Of a DNA stretch of 64,000 bases, positions 1-12,263 are shown piece by piece; within the stretch, counting starts at the first letter, position 1; the number at the start of each line of letters is the position of its first letter. The position numbers were made by a program, and so were the translations under genes. Below the pieces are notes generated by a model. It ran no database searches. It saw nothing but the letters and a program-made list of their open reading frames with translations, and was not told the origin of the DNA. The DNA is from Ramazzottius varieornatus (Eukaryota > Animalia > Tardigrada): NCBI GenBank assembly GCA_001949185.1, contig BDGG01000016.1:827759-891758 (forward strand), read 5' to 3'.

Positions 1-1805
1 TTGGGTGCCTTTAACAGGTTCTTGACCAAGGCTTCGACCAGGTTTATCGGGCTGCAGTCCTCAATTTCCCGCGCGGTCAGCTTCAAGGGTTCGTTGACGT
101 ACGTGCGGCTAATTGGCTCCAGATCGTATACGCCACTCACAAGCCAGACACATGTAATCGCAAAACGTTGTTGTAGTGCGTGAAGATGACCGTTCATGGT
201 CTGAGTTATCGGGTACCTTTTACAAGAGGAAGGAACGGAGAAGCTTGGGCGTGGTCTAACTGAGAAAGCATGGTGGCAACCAGATGAGCTCCGGCTGAAT
301 GTCCAATAAAATGTGCACCACTATAAGCCACAATACAGTGGGCCAGAAATAGTTTTGGGGGAGTCAGAAGTGTAATTGATATACCTGCATTGCAACACTT
401 GCGCTAGATTGCCAACGAAGGTGAAGAGTTCCTGCATTTGTTGGCATATTCCCGTTATCGATGCTGCAAAGAGGAATTTTACAGGAAAACAATGTGATCT
501 TGTGGAGTCGAAACCGGCGCAGCAGCATTACGTACCCTGTTGGCCGTACTGCTTTTCGCTGGCTAAAACGTAGTCCACCGCCAAGAAAATCGTTGCAGTT
601 CTGGCTGGAGAACCACTGCATATGGGTAGAGCAAGAAACGCCGATTCTTCCTTACTATAATTACATCACCTGTCGTTGCCCATTGTCAATTGCGCTTTCG
701 AGAACTCCAGGAACCTACTGAGTGCAATACAGTGAATACATACCTCAGAAACTGCCAGTATCCGCCATGAACGTAAGCGATCAGTTGCGCTCCTGCAATG
801 AACCGATAACTAAGATAAATGCATATCTACCGATGGCTTGCCATTTCTACTCGTACACGCACGACGAGATATTACGGGCCAGTAAAAATTACGAGCTAGG
901 CGGAAAAGACGGCAAATTTACAATCTGTATGGAAGTCAGAAACAGAAATCGGACAAATGACGTAACGTAGTAAAGTTCAACCGTAGGAAATTGTTATGGA
1001 CAGTGGCCATCAGCTGGTTAGCTGTTTTACTCTAACGCTTCTATGCTGCTGTCGACGTTCTCCCGGAGGCCGGAGAAACCTTGGAGTAGCTTGAACTGTT
1101 GAAGGTATAATGAAGATCTGACTGCTGTGACAAAAATATGACAAGCTTTAGCTCCTCGGCCCAATATCCAGCACGCACGTACAGCAGTGTAGCCTTCGAT
1201 GTGGTTTTTACTTGAAGCAAGAATCACCTGCCCGTGCCGCCGTAGCGAAAAGGCCTGGTCCGCAATTTTTACTGGCCCGTAATATCTCGTCGTGCGTGTA
1301 CTACAAGTAGTAAACGGTGAATAAGGCTCAAATGATCCAGATTCATAAGTGCTTCCTGTTATATTTGTCGAACTCACCAGGCGCGACAGTGGATGAAGAG
1401 GAGTAAAGGTCTAGCACATTTTTGAGTGTGGATCCGTATTGCAGGTTGATTTTCGAATATAGCTCTTCCGTAGCCTTCTTACTTTCTAAAAGGCATAATA
1501 GCAAAACTCGAAAATGATGGATAAACGATCGAGGAGGAAGAGTCACTTGTAATTTGAGCTGCGGTCTTTTCACCTTGTAGTGTGGTTGAAACGTGGCGTT
1601 GGATGGTCTCCTCGGAGCTGAGACCCCGATTATTCCACAAACTTGGAGAATAAGCTCGATCCAGCTCCTACAATTTGTACGCGTTGTACTGCAGAACAGC
1701 CCAAAACGTAATTTTGGTGTAACATGGATATATCATACGTACCGACAGGGAGGAAAGCGCTTTACTGGTGATGGCGTTCTTCTTGCTGAAAGAAGAGACG
1801 GCCAT
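1..1805 (-). CDS. AFMID: Kynurenine formamidase (arylformamidase), multi-exon, 3' part outside window
   Basis: Hand-spliced minus-strand exons (~1805-1743, 1667-1574, 1485-1378, 792-744, ~655-536, 463-384, 320-217, 151-1) give MAVSS..|ELDRAYSPSLW..|..QYGSTLKNVLDLY..|..AYVHGGYWQFLS|KEESAF..|..|GHSAGAHL..|..VSGVYDLEPISRTYVNEPLKL. These are the HGGYWQ oxyanion, GHSAG nucleophile and SGVYDL motifs of AFMID. Confidence 0.9.
854..1300. mobile_element. MITE family B, 447 bp, in AFMID intron
   Basis: Perfect 37-bp terminal inverted repeats (tacacgcacgacgagatattacgggccagtaaaaatt) at 854-890 and 1264-1300, with TA at both ends; related copy at 51261-51456. Confidence 0.85.
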
Positions 1806-2196
1806 GGTTGTCCCGGAACCTTTGACGATGGAAATGTACCACGGGTTTGCACGTTCGTGGGGAAAGACCAGTTACTGTTCTTCTGTGGCATAATATAGGA
1901 CGGAGATAATTATCGCTGATGAAAGATTAGAAAACCACAACAGTGGACAAACGCTAGGGCAAATCGGAGAAAGCTACGTCTTTTTTGAATACGAGAGAGG
2001 AAAATCTAATCAAGTCGAGTTCTCAGAGTCTCTCAATCGCCCCTCAAAAGTAACAATGGAGTGCAAGCAGAGGGCACAACGACAAGAAGATAAAAGATGA
2101 AACAAGAAACGATGTGCGGCTGGATTAGCGATGAGAATGCGCAGTGCTAAACCCACAACAACAATACTGTACACAAACTAGAACAAACCAACTAAC

Positions 2197-3354
2197 TCAT
2201 GTGGCCGAGGTGGGCTGATTCTGTGTGGGCAAGGACGACGAAGGGGGGTTGGGATTATTGGCCAATAGCTGCTGAACGGACCATCCAACGGGATTCCCTC
2301 CCGAACTGGGAGCGAACTGCACAAACGGCGAACCCACATGAAACATCGCATTGTGCGGACTATGCAGGTCGAACATAGTCATGGCGGAAGTGTTACCCTG
2401 GACGCTGATCAGTGTATTTGCCACCTGCTGCCCAGAACCCACAGGCGTACCTACAGGAACTGAAGCGGACAACTGATGATAGCGGCCTTCTTCAGGGCTA
2501 CTTGTATAGTACGGGGCACTATTCGATGAATTTGGCGCGGCCAAGGGTTCGTTATGATAGACCGGGTTCTCAGCTTTCAGAGCAACCGACTCTGTTGGTG
2601 CGTGAGAAGTAGCCTGGTATGCTGTCAAGGATGGAAGGGCGTTTGAAGGATTGCTGTACGTGGCTGCTTGGGCGTCAGGATAGACGGAACTGGTGGTCGG
2701 CCAGCTGCTGTCCGCACTGGGACCGAGGCTAGGCAAGGTCTCCACATACCGCTTCGTAGCTTTGATGGCTTCCAGCTTTGCAACTACGGAAAAAACCAAC
2801 AGCATGATGGGCTTTTGCACTGTAGTAGACAACTTTCTTGTAATAATCAAGCTTGTAACTGCCTTACTTTGCCTCTTTGTGCGATCCACTTGCTGAGTTA
2901 GCTCCTCAAGTTCTTTAGCTGATGTAAAGTTTCGTCGTCGCATCATCTGGATGTACTCACATGCTTTCTTCAGAATCTGGGCGCGCGAAGCCTGTGACAA
3001 AGCCCACATATGTAGCAAACGGGAAACTAGTGCATAATTACGGCCTGACTTCCGGTGCAGTCGTAGGCGAAGTGCATGATAGTCGAGAAGGGTAATCCGA
3101 GTATAGGTTCTAGGAGAGGCTTACCTTGGTGGGTAAGCTTTTTTCTCCGGCCAAGTGAGGAACAGAATCCTTCAGCTGAGTAAACATATCCTTGATGTGA
3201 TCCCGTCGTTTCCGCTCTAGTGCATTATGTACTGCGCGTTTCTCGGCCTGTAACAACCAACAGCATAAACAGCATTCATACTGCTTCCCGCAAAATCCAC
3301 CAAGCCACTCACCGAATTGAACTTTCCTGGTGAAGGTGAGCCGTCGGTAGACAT
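2197..3354 (-). CDS. MAX: Max bHLH-Zip transcription factor with long C-terminal extension (~291 aa)
   Basis: Exons 3354-3313, 3247-3125, 2991-2868, 2783-2197 with GT-AG introns; [48 protein letters not shown] is the Max bHLH. Confidence 0.9.
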
Positions 3355-3903
3355 CGCAAGAGACCAGGAAGACGCGAAAACTGAAGAGGAACACAGAATA
3401 ACCAACACAAAAATGTCGCTCTGAACTTAACCGCGGTCGAGTGCCATTTGCGACATTGCGAGGAAATTACTTTGTCATCAAGCCATTATTTTGGCTTGCT
3501 GCCAATCCTCAGCCTGACGATTCGTAAAGTTAGAGAATTACCGCATTCGCAATCTCGCGCTTCACGACGCTTGAATAACGCAAAAACTACACGAAAGTGA
3601 CGAAACACGATCATAAATTTTTCGTCCACAAGTTTTCTGTGGGAGCTTTTTCTCTGACCAACTTTCCAACGTCTTCAGCTTTCAGCTGCTTCTGGACAGA
3701 TCTGTACGTGTCCTCGTAAAAGACTAATGAGTAATAAGGCTGTCAGATGGTAATTACGTGAACTACGACTGAATGATCCCTCCTTCGCGCCCGTGGTGTG
3801 GACTTCCAGATACCCACTAGACTCTTTTGTAGGCTACTCAGCGACTTGGACCCTGGCTGTTTGACTTAATTTTCGACTGAAAGAAGGATCACGAAGTACA
3901 AAA
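3355..3903. promoter_or_regulatory. Probable bidirectional promoter/5' UTRs between divergent Max and DDX46
   Basis: Head-to-head start codons only ~550 bp apart; inferred from gene layout. Confidence 0.5.
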
Positions 3904-6900
3904 ATGCCTCGTCTAGTGTCTTCTATGTCTTTGAAGTAAGTCCGTGTTGTGGTCCTATCTCGCTTGAACTTTGTAGTTTTTAAAGTCTCATATATACGGA
4001 CATAGTATATAACTTTATATATATATATACGCGCAACTTCAATAATGCTGGCTGTTTTTAGGGAGCAGCAGGATGAAGATCGGCGTCGATACAGCCGAGA
4101 TGGTGGACGATATGACAATCGTAACAAGCGACGTAGGTCACCTAATGAAGAACGTTACCGCGAATATGGTCGTAGTTCAGATCGTGATCGTCGACGTTCC
4201 AGCAGATCTCCTTCTCCAAATGATCGACACAGACGCAGTAAACAATCTCCCTCCAGCGATGTCCAGCCCGGCGTTCTTCCTGTGACTGACGACAAGCCCT
4301 TCGCTATTGGAGATGACTTTGACAAAGAGAGCTTTCAGAAGAAGTATGAAGCGCAAGTGGCTAAAAGAAAAGAACGCGTCGAACGTGCCCGTCTCTTAAG
4401 CAAGCGAGAATTGGCCATTGCGCCTGTCCCAGAAGCGCCCAAACTCCCAGAACCTCAAGGAAAGTGGTCGCTCGAGGATGAAACGGAGGAGACGGATGAT
4501 GCGATGAATGGCGGAGGTGTGAAGGAAGAGGACGAAGTGGATCCGTTAGATGCCTTCATGGAAACTGTTCAATCAGAAGTCCAATCAATCAAAAAGTAAG
4601 AATGATATCTTCCCGATTATTTCGAGCACCACTATAGTTTCCCACTCATGAAGGGTGCGCGAGTATTGTGGGTTCTTCGGCGTTCTCTACCGTATCTGTG
4701 TTCTTCCCGGTCAACTCGCGGGTTGATCGTGCTTGGAAAGCGCTACAGTGCGCCGATTTGTCGGGGTCCTTACAGCGTCTTTCTTGACAAACTGGCGCAC
4801 TATCTCATCATGATTAGCTGGAAAAGTGCGCGAGTTTATAGAACGATGCGTTGTTTTGGCAGACTGCTCGTACTGAATGTTCCTCTGTGTTGTAGAAAAG
4901 ACCTGGAAAAAATGCAGGATGGGGCAGCCAAAAGTTCCGCAGGTCGGAAAGAAGACGTGAAGAATAACGAAAACTCCAACACGGTGACCTTCGTATCCGC
5001 AGTTCGTTCTCGCAACACCGCAAGCGAAAAGTCCAAACGCGGCGAGGTGATCGAACAGAACCAAGACGCTCTGGAATGGTCTTCCGAAGAAGAGGAGGAA
5101 GATTTAAAGACCACCATGAGCAATGCTCAGAACAAGCAGAAAAAGATGCTAAAGGCGGTTGACCATCGAGCCGTCAACTACGCTCCCTTCAGGAAGAACT
5201 TCTACGCTGAAGTGCCGGAGATCCGCGACATGACGGAGGAGGAAGTGGTGGCGTATCGGCTCTCCATGGATGGCATTGTGGTCAAGGGTAAAGACTGTCC
5301 GAGACCCATCAAGAATTGGGCCCAGTGTGGTGTGACCAAGAAGGAGATGACGATCCTGAAGAAGCACGATTATATGAAGCCCACAGCTATTCAGACACAG
5401 GCCATCCCAGCCATCATGTCCGGAAGGGATGTCATCGGCATTGCCAAAACGGGATCGGGCAAGACGCTGGCGTTCTTACTGCCTATGTTTCGACACATTC
5501 TCGGTAAGTCCGTTCTTTCACCATGGCATTTCACGCGCCTGAGCACATAGAGTTGTACGGGTAACCTGGGCGCATGTATGCAGGTTTGTACAAAGCTTAA
5601 AGTTTCAGTACTCCTGCATACATGAAGCCGTACGTTTAACCAAGGGCGTATGTGTGTAGGTGGCCGAAATTTTAGAATATATCCTTCTTAGTAATTGGTG
5701 ATCGGAATAATTTTTCGCGTTGTTTTACCAGATCAACCACCGCTGGGTGAAAAGGATGGACCCATCGCTGTCATCTGCACGCCGACGCGTGAACTGGCTC
5801 TGCAAATCACCAAAGAAGCCAAGAAGTTTGCCAAGTCGGTGGACCTCAACGTCGTCTGTGTTTACGGCGGGACAGGCATCTCCGAGCAGATTGCTGAGCT
5901 GAAGCGCGGGACTGAGATCATTGTCTGCACTCCTGGTCGCATGATCGACATGCTAGCAGCCAACAACGGTAACGTGACAAATCTGAAACGTGTAACGTAC
6001 TTGGTGCTGGACGAGGCGGACCGCATGTTCGATATGGGCTTCGAACCACAAGTTATGCTGATCGTGGACAATATCCGGCCTGATCGACAGACGGTGCTGT
6101 TCTCCGCGACCTTCCCCAGACAGATGGAGGCGCTCGCTAGACGGGTTCTGGTCAAGCCAATCGAGATTCAGGTATGTGGAACTTCAGTCGGACGAAACAC
6201 GCGCTTCCATCGGACACCTGCATACAGTTGGCACCAAAGTAAAAAGTAGTACACTGACTTGGCCACCCGTTTATTTCGGTGATCAATGACGCGATTGACC
6301 CGACCGAAGTCTATTCCATAGCTTATGAATCTGTAAGATTCACTAGATGAAACCCAAACAGTGGGCCTTCTAGCTAGCTCAAAAAGCGGGTGGCCAACAA
6401 TTGTAAACCGGCCAAAAATTAGATCAGGTGCGTGTAGCCAAGTGTATGCAGGTGCATGTAAGAGTGGAGCATTGGTGTTTCCCGTCTTTCAGTCATCTCG
6501 TTTCATCGTTTTGTTTCGTGTCATACGTTTCGGGTTTTTCCATCTGAGGAAAGCTTATAGACAACGTGCGATGAAAAGTTCTTACAGGGTATGTTTTGTG
6601 TATTTGTAGGTGGGCGGAAGAAGTGTGGTGGCGAAGGAAGTTGAGCAGCACGTGATTGTCATCGAGGAGGACAGAAAGTTTTTCAAAACGCTGGAGCTCT
6701 TGGGCGAGTACGGAAACCGAGGGCTGACACTCATTTTTGTGGAGAAGCAAGAAAAGGCCGATCAGGTGTTGAAGCAGCTCATGCAGGCTTCCTACTCGGC
6801 CATGGCGCTGCATGGCGGAGTCGACCAGCATGATCGAGACAGCATCATCAAGGACTTCAAAGCCGGAAACATCCAGGTATGATTTTATTTTCTGAAGGTT

Positions 6901-9182
6901 CTGATGCACGAAAAGAACAGTGCAGTTTGAGTGTTATTGCCCTAAAATATTGTTAAAACGAGTTCAACCTTTCGAATATCCGCAAATAGTTTTCTCCGAA
7001 TATTCCGTAGTTTTATTCGGGACTTCCCAAAATCAACCACGATGTTTTCGTTGTAGGTTTTGGTGGCGACTTCGGTAGCCGCTCGTGGTCTGGACGTGAA
7101 GAATCTAATAATGGTAATCAACTATGACGTGCCCAATCATTACGAAGACTACGTACATCGGTGTGGTCGCACAGGTCGCGCCGGCAACAAGGGCTACGCT
7201 TACACCTTCATCACCTCCGAACAAGAGCGCTACTCACCCGACTTGATGAATGCACTGACGCTTTCCAAGACGGAAATTCCCGAAGAACTACGCGTCATGT
7301 TCGAGATGTACAAAGGACGTCTCGCGGCGGAAGGTATCAGTACTGTAGGATCAATCATTGCTATTCGTAAAATCCGCAATACGAAAAACATTGGAAGCGC
7401 ATAAATGAGAATCTGAGAGTTTTCGGATAAGTTTCCTTTTGTTCTACTGTAGTGCTACCAAATTATCGCGCACTGAACCACGTAATGAGTCATCGCAGCC
7501 CAGTGCGATCAGATGTTATCAGTTTAGCCTCGCTGGCTTACACCCGGGCATCATTTACTGTTTACGTGGTTGAGTGCGCGATAATTTGGTAGCACTACAG
7601 TAGTATAATTTTGTTTTACTTCGCCCGTTACAACGTTAATAGACAACGTGCGATGAAAAGTTCTTACAGGGTATGTTTTGTGTATTTGTATCTATTGATT
7701 GAGCAGTCCAGGTGAATAGCTGGATCCCAACGGCAATGCCCACTCCGCTGGTTGAAAATAGACAGTGTAGCCATTTGCATGCACGTGCATACTTTTGCAG
7801 CTACTTGTGTATGGCTTGCTGTACGCAGGTGCTTGACAGAATGCTGTTGTATTTTGTCTGCCGGCTTCTTGATGTGAATGAAGCTGGCACGAAGTAATAA
7901 TGGACGCATTGATTTTTGTGTTGGGTTGAGTGTATTTTGATTGTAGGTAAGAAAGTCAAAGGGTTTAGCGGTTTCGGTGGTTCGGGCTTCAAGTTCGACG
8001 AAGGCGAAGCCGATGCAGCCAAGACAGCCAAGAAGGTCCAGAAGGCCGCGCTGGGTCTTCAGGACTCTGATGACGAAGAAGACGCCGAAGAGGACATCGA
8101 GAAGCATATCGAGGAACTCTTCAAGAGTAAGAGGATAGTGAAAGATGGTACGAACAATCCTTCCGTTCAAGTCATCATCCAGCCTAACCAGAATGCACCC
8201 AGTCAGGCCATGCAGGCTCAGATGTCGGCTGGGGTTGCTATACCCGACTTCTCTGGCGGAGCATACATTCCTGTCGCTGCCCCTGTCTACCAGGTACGTT
8301 CTCCTTGGTAGATCGTTTCCTGTCGAGTCGAAGCATTGGGTGCTCGGCAGACAAACCCGGCAAGATTGTTTTCCCAACTGGCGCACGTTCTCATCGTCAC
8401 TGGTTGACAGCGTGCGCCACTTGGGAAAACAAGCAAACCGGACAAGCTCGCTTTTCCGAGTGACGCCTGCTTTCAGCCAACAAGACTGAGAACGTTTATC
8501 ATTTAGGAAAATGATTTTTTCGAGCTTGTTTGCTCAGGTCCAAATTTCCTGCAAAAAATTGTAAACATTCAATAAGTTATATTTGATTGAAGCTAATTGT
8601 TTCGTGTCGTTCTAGGTATCAAAGGACGCAGCAGCTCATCTAGAACTGGCCAAGAGGCTCGCCAAGCGCGTCGAAGCCCAGAAAGCCGCTGATCCGGCCA
8701 AGTCCGTCACGCAAGTCTTCACCGAGTCCATCATGCGTAACCGCGTCAACGCCGCCCCGTCCGTCTCCAAGAAGACCATCGCGGAAGCCTTGGCCGAGAA
8801 AGTCAACGCCAAGCTCAACTACGTCCCGGAAGAGCGACCTACTGAGGAAAAAATAGAAGACGCCAACAAGACTTACGAGGAAGAACTTGAGATCAACGAT
8901 TTCCACCAGCAGGCTCGATGGAAGATTACGGGTAAAGAGACGCTGGGCCAGATTGCCGAGTACGCCGGCGACTGCTTCTTGTCGGTCCGAGGCTCCTACA
9001 TTCCGCCGGGTAAGGAAGTACCAGAGGGCGATAGGAAGCTGTACATCGCCATTGAAGCCAAAACGGAGCTGTCGCTGTCGAAAGCCCGGGCGGAAGTGAC
9101 CAGGATCCTGAAAGACGAACTGCTGAGACATGCTAGTATGTCGAATGCTTATAAGCAACCTGGCCGATACAAAGTTGTCTAG
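3904..9182 (+). CDS. DDX46: DEAD-box RNA helicase DDX46/Prp5
   Basis: Exons 3904-3935, 4062-4595, 4896-5503, 5732-6171, 6610-6876, 7057-7333, 7947-8293, 8616-9182, all phase-compatible. RS-rich N-terminus, [49 protein letters not shown] and a C-terminal KH-like domain (ELEINDF..ARWK). Confidence 0.95.
4780..4863. repeat. Fold-back family A, degenerate copy (DDX46 intron)
   Basis: actggcgcac-N25-gtgcgcgag. Confidence 0.55.
5573..5624. repeat. Short inverted repeat in DDX46 intron
   Basis: catgtatgcagg ... cctgcatacatg; shares tgtatgcagg with the 6215-6454 element. Confidence 0.55.
6215..6454. mobile_element. MITE-like fold-back family C (DDX46 intron)
   Basis: Outer IR cacctgcatacagttggc / gccaagtgtatgcaggtg (1 mismatch); inner IR ttggccacccg (6259) / cgggtggccaa (6387). 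Confidence 0.65.
7444..7603. mobile_element. MITE family D, 160 bp (DDX46 intron)
   Basis: ~42-bp TIRs ctactgtagtgctaccaaattatcgcgcact(g)aaccacgtaa / ttacgtggtt(g)agtgcgcgataatttggtagcactacagtag, 1 mismatch. Confidence 0.85.
7639..7690 (+). repeat. Exact 52-bp duplicate of 6557-6608 (intron 3' end)
   Basis: atagacaacgtgcgatgaaaagttcttacagggtatgttttgtgtatttgta is identical at both sites. Confidence 0.9.
8336..8467. repeat. Fold-back family A copy (DDX46 intron)
   Basis: ttttcccaactggcgcac-N25-gtgcgccacttgggaaaa. Confidence 0.85.
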
Positions 9183-9688
9183 TTGAGTTTTCTCCAAGAT
9201 ACACCCATAAATTATGTTAGCGCTTTTGTTCCGCACCATGAATTCACCTGCATCTTTTGCAAGTTTTACCTAGGTTGGCTAACTGACAAGAAGATCCCGC
9301 CTGTGGGTCGCCCTCATAAATGTTTCCGTGGTTACTCCCCCATTCTGAATGAAGGTAACCGTGGTCGTGCTCGGTACCTTTCATGTTTAGCGATGGAACT
9401 ATCGGTGAAGTCGGAAAGTTAACATACTCAGAGATGGCCTTGTGTGGTTGCCCACTTGTGGTCGGTGTTCCATCAGACTTCTCTCGAAGTATCAGTATAG
9501 TAGTGCAGGGAAGGAAGAAGCTGGCAGTCTGAATCAGGCCGTGCAAAGTCGAGGACCGGGCAAAGAAGATACGGCTTTGATTATGTTGCATTGGTCAGAA
9601 GATGGAGACTTCCGGTATCAGTATCGGTGACACGAAGGCTCTAGGTGGACACGCCATTCTCATCTGATCAGCCACACAGATTGCTTCA

Positions 9689-11972
9689 ATGTCTTCTCAC
9701 AAAGCTTACTTGTGTCTGGGAGAGCTCGGGAAGGGCTCATATGGTACGTGCGCTGTCTGTTCCAAATTATTTTCAGCTGACTTTCTCGTTACATATTTGC
9801 GGCCAACGTTTTTTGTTACAGGATCCGTGACAAAGAACCGGCATATCCTCACAGGTACACTATGCCCAGCTTAGGTTTTTTTTATACCACGCCCACCTAA
9901 GCCGCGCTCTTTTAGGAGATGTGGTGGCGATCAAGTGTTTTCTAACGGAGACGAAGGAGTTCTCCAGCGTAAAGAAGAGTGTGTTGGTAAGTGGAAAAAG
10001 TTCCAACAAGAGATATCCTCCTCATACCTGAGATGTTGTGAATGAAGTTCTGTAGGCCGAGGTTTCTGCCTTGAGGGAACTGCGACATGAGAATACCGTG
10101 CGCCTGTTTCATATCTTTATGGAGAATACGACTTTCTACATGGTCTTCGAGTTCGTCGACAAGACCTTGCTGGATGTCATCCGGGATGCACCGAAGAAGT
10201 GCCTTCATTCTGGATCGCGAACCAGATCGTTTTCCTTCCAGCTGTTCCGCGCCCTCGCATTCGTCCACTCGCACAACGTAGGCCCTGCTCTCATTTTTTT
10301 CCTATTAAATTTGACTTGACTTCCGGGGTGTTGACAGTTCGTCCATCGAGATGTGAAGCCGGAGAACATCCTGATTACCAACAACAATATTCTCAAGCTG
10401 GCCGACTTTGGTTTCGCCGTTAGACAGTCCTATGCGGGACAACGGTATTCCACGTACATTGCTACTCGGTGGTATCGTGCACCTGAGCTCCTGAGCGGTG
10501 ACATCTTCTACGGCAAGTAAGTGAGAAAACACCTTTCTGCCGATGAGGATGTAGTTGTACTGTACACAGTCGTTGGTTGTGTCTTAAAATATTCATGCCG
10601 AGATTTTCGTAGACCTGTGGATGTCTGGGCTGCTGGCGCTGTTATTGTCGAGATGATCCTGGGACAACCTATGGCAGCTGGAGCAGGTTAGTTTTGAAAA
10701 GTCCGCTTCAATGGTACTTTGTTGATAATAAAGACCCAGAATATGCAGCTTCATCTTCGCTTGTTCGCCCGGTTCCTTCTCAAACTTTTGTATCGAACTG
10801 ATATCGGTCTCGAGCTTGTGGTTGTGTGTTTTTTAGACGATGTGGACCAGATGTCGAAAACTATCGAGTTAGTCGGCGATCTTCCTCCTTACATGAGCGA
10901 GAGACTGCGACGTAGTGACCAAGCCGCCCGGCTTTTCCCTCTCCAACACTACGACCGGTACGCCGGCATCGAGAACCTTCTGCGTGGCCAACCGGAAGCC
11001 TACATCAGCTTCGTCAAGTTCTGCCTCGAGCCCGATCCGCAGTTCCGCACGACGTCCGAAGCCCTGCTCCAACACCCGCTCTTCTCCAACCGCGAAACCC
11101 TCATCGCCGAGATCCGCCAAAACATGGTCACCAATAACCGCAACAGTGCTTTGTCCTACCAGTCTTTCCTCCGACACAAAGACGCCTATTTTCGCGCAGC
11201 TCGTGACATACTCCATCAGAATCCCGGAGGAACACTCAGCCAAGCCGCGCTGAGTCGTTACAGAACGTTAGGCTTAGATGAAACCGTCTTACGGCAGATG
11301 GCCGAAGTCATTTGGCGGGCGCGTAAATATCCCCCGGACTTCTTATCGCAAAGCTCAGACTTGTACAACTATAAACTGAACGATGCCCGGGGTGATCATT
11401 CACGTAGCAAGCAGAATGACGTGGTGTCAGCCGTTGCAGCTGCGTCTCCACAAGCAGGGCCTACCAATCAACGTGGTAACGCAATCAATCAACCCAAGCT
11501 AGGCATGTACTTCCAGTCAGCTCCCACACGGAAGACTTCCTCTGGTTCTACTCGTCGTGAGCAGTCTGTTCCACCTCTTGCAACTCTTCCGGCTAACTGG
11601 AGGAAGATGGATATGTCCCCTGTCAGGACGATACCGAGTAATGTCTCGGCAGGTAACCCGTGGAATAACTTCAGCGTGAGGAAGACGTTTCCTGTGCAGG
11701 AGGAAATGAGAAACACGAGAGCGCAGCCCAAACTGTCGAAGCGCTTCTCACTGAAAGTCAAAGATGTGAGTTCTCCGCAAGCTAATTCGGATTCCTCTCA
11801 AGATACAAATAGCTTTCTGGCGCGAAGAACGGCCTCCAATGTTTTCAGCACTGGCAGAAGAGACGGGGGAGCAGGTGTAAGTAATCAAAACGCCAATCTG
11901 CAGAGTGCAGACACTGCAACGTCAAGCTACGCAAATGGGGCAGTTGGGCGCTACGTTTGGTGCGAGCTATGA
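9689..11972 (+). CDS. CDKL-like CMGC Ser/Thr kinase with disordered C-terminal tail
   Basis: Exons ~9689-9743, 9822-9854, 9916-9986, 10056-10277, 10338-10515, 10613-10686, 10837-11972: [65 protein letters not shown]. Confidence 0.85.
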
Positions 11973-12139
11973 TGCCTTGATGAGACTGCGGGGCAATGGT
12001 GATGGCTCACTTTAGATCTTTGTTCCTCTAACTTCTTTGTTGTCGTTTTGTCGTCTTTTTAAGTTTGTTTTACCTCTTTGTTGTTATTGTTTCTTGTACA
12101 TTCTGTCTTGGTGGGAGACTCTTGAATGTGAAAGCAAAA

Positions 12140-12263
12140 GGAACGTGGTCAGATGAACTGAACCAGATCCTCATTTCAACCAGCGCGCGTTCTCATCGTT
12201 ACTGGCTGAATGTGTGCGCTACTTGGGAAACGATCCGGTTCAGATCATTTGCCCCTGTCCCAA
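12140..12263. repeat. Fold-back family A copy (3' of kinase)
   Basis: cagcgcgc-N25-gtgcgctacttgggaaacgatcc..catttgcccctgtcccaa. Confidence 0.75.

Noticed and set aside
4014-4029. (TA)n run
   Set aside because: Ordinary microsatellite in the first DDX46 intron.
7664-9239. Long antisense ORFs opposite DDX46 (likewise 44637-45314 and 25337-25855)
   Set aside because: Shadow ORFs of real coding exons with no recognisable motifs.
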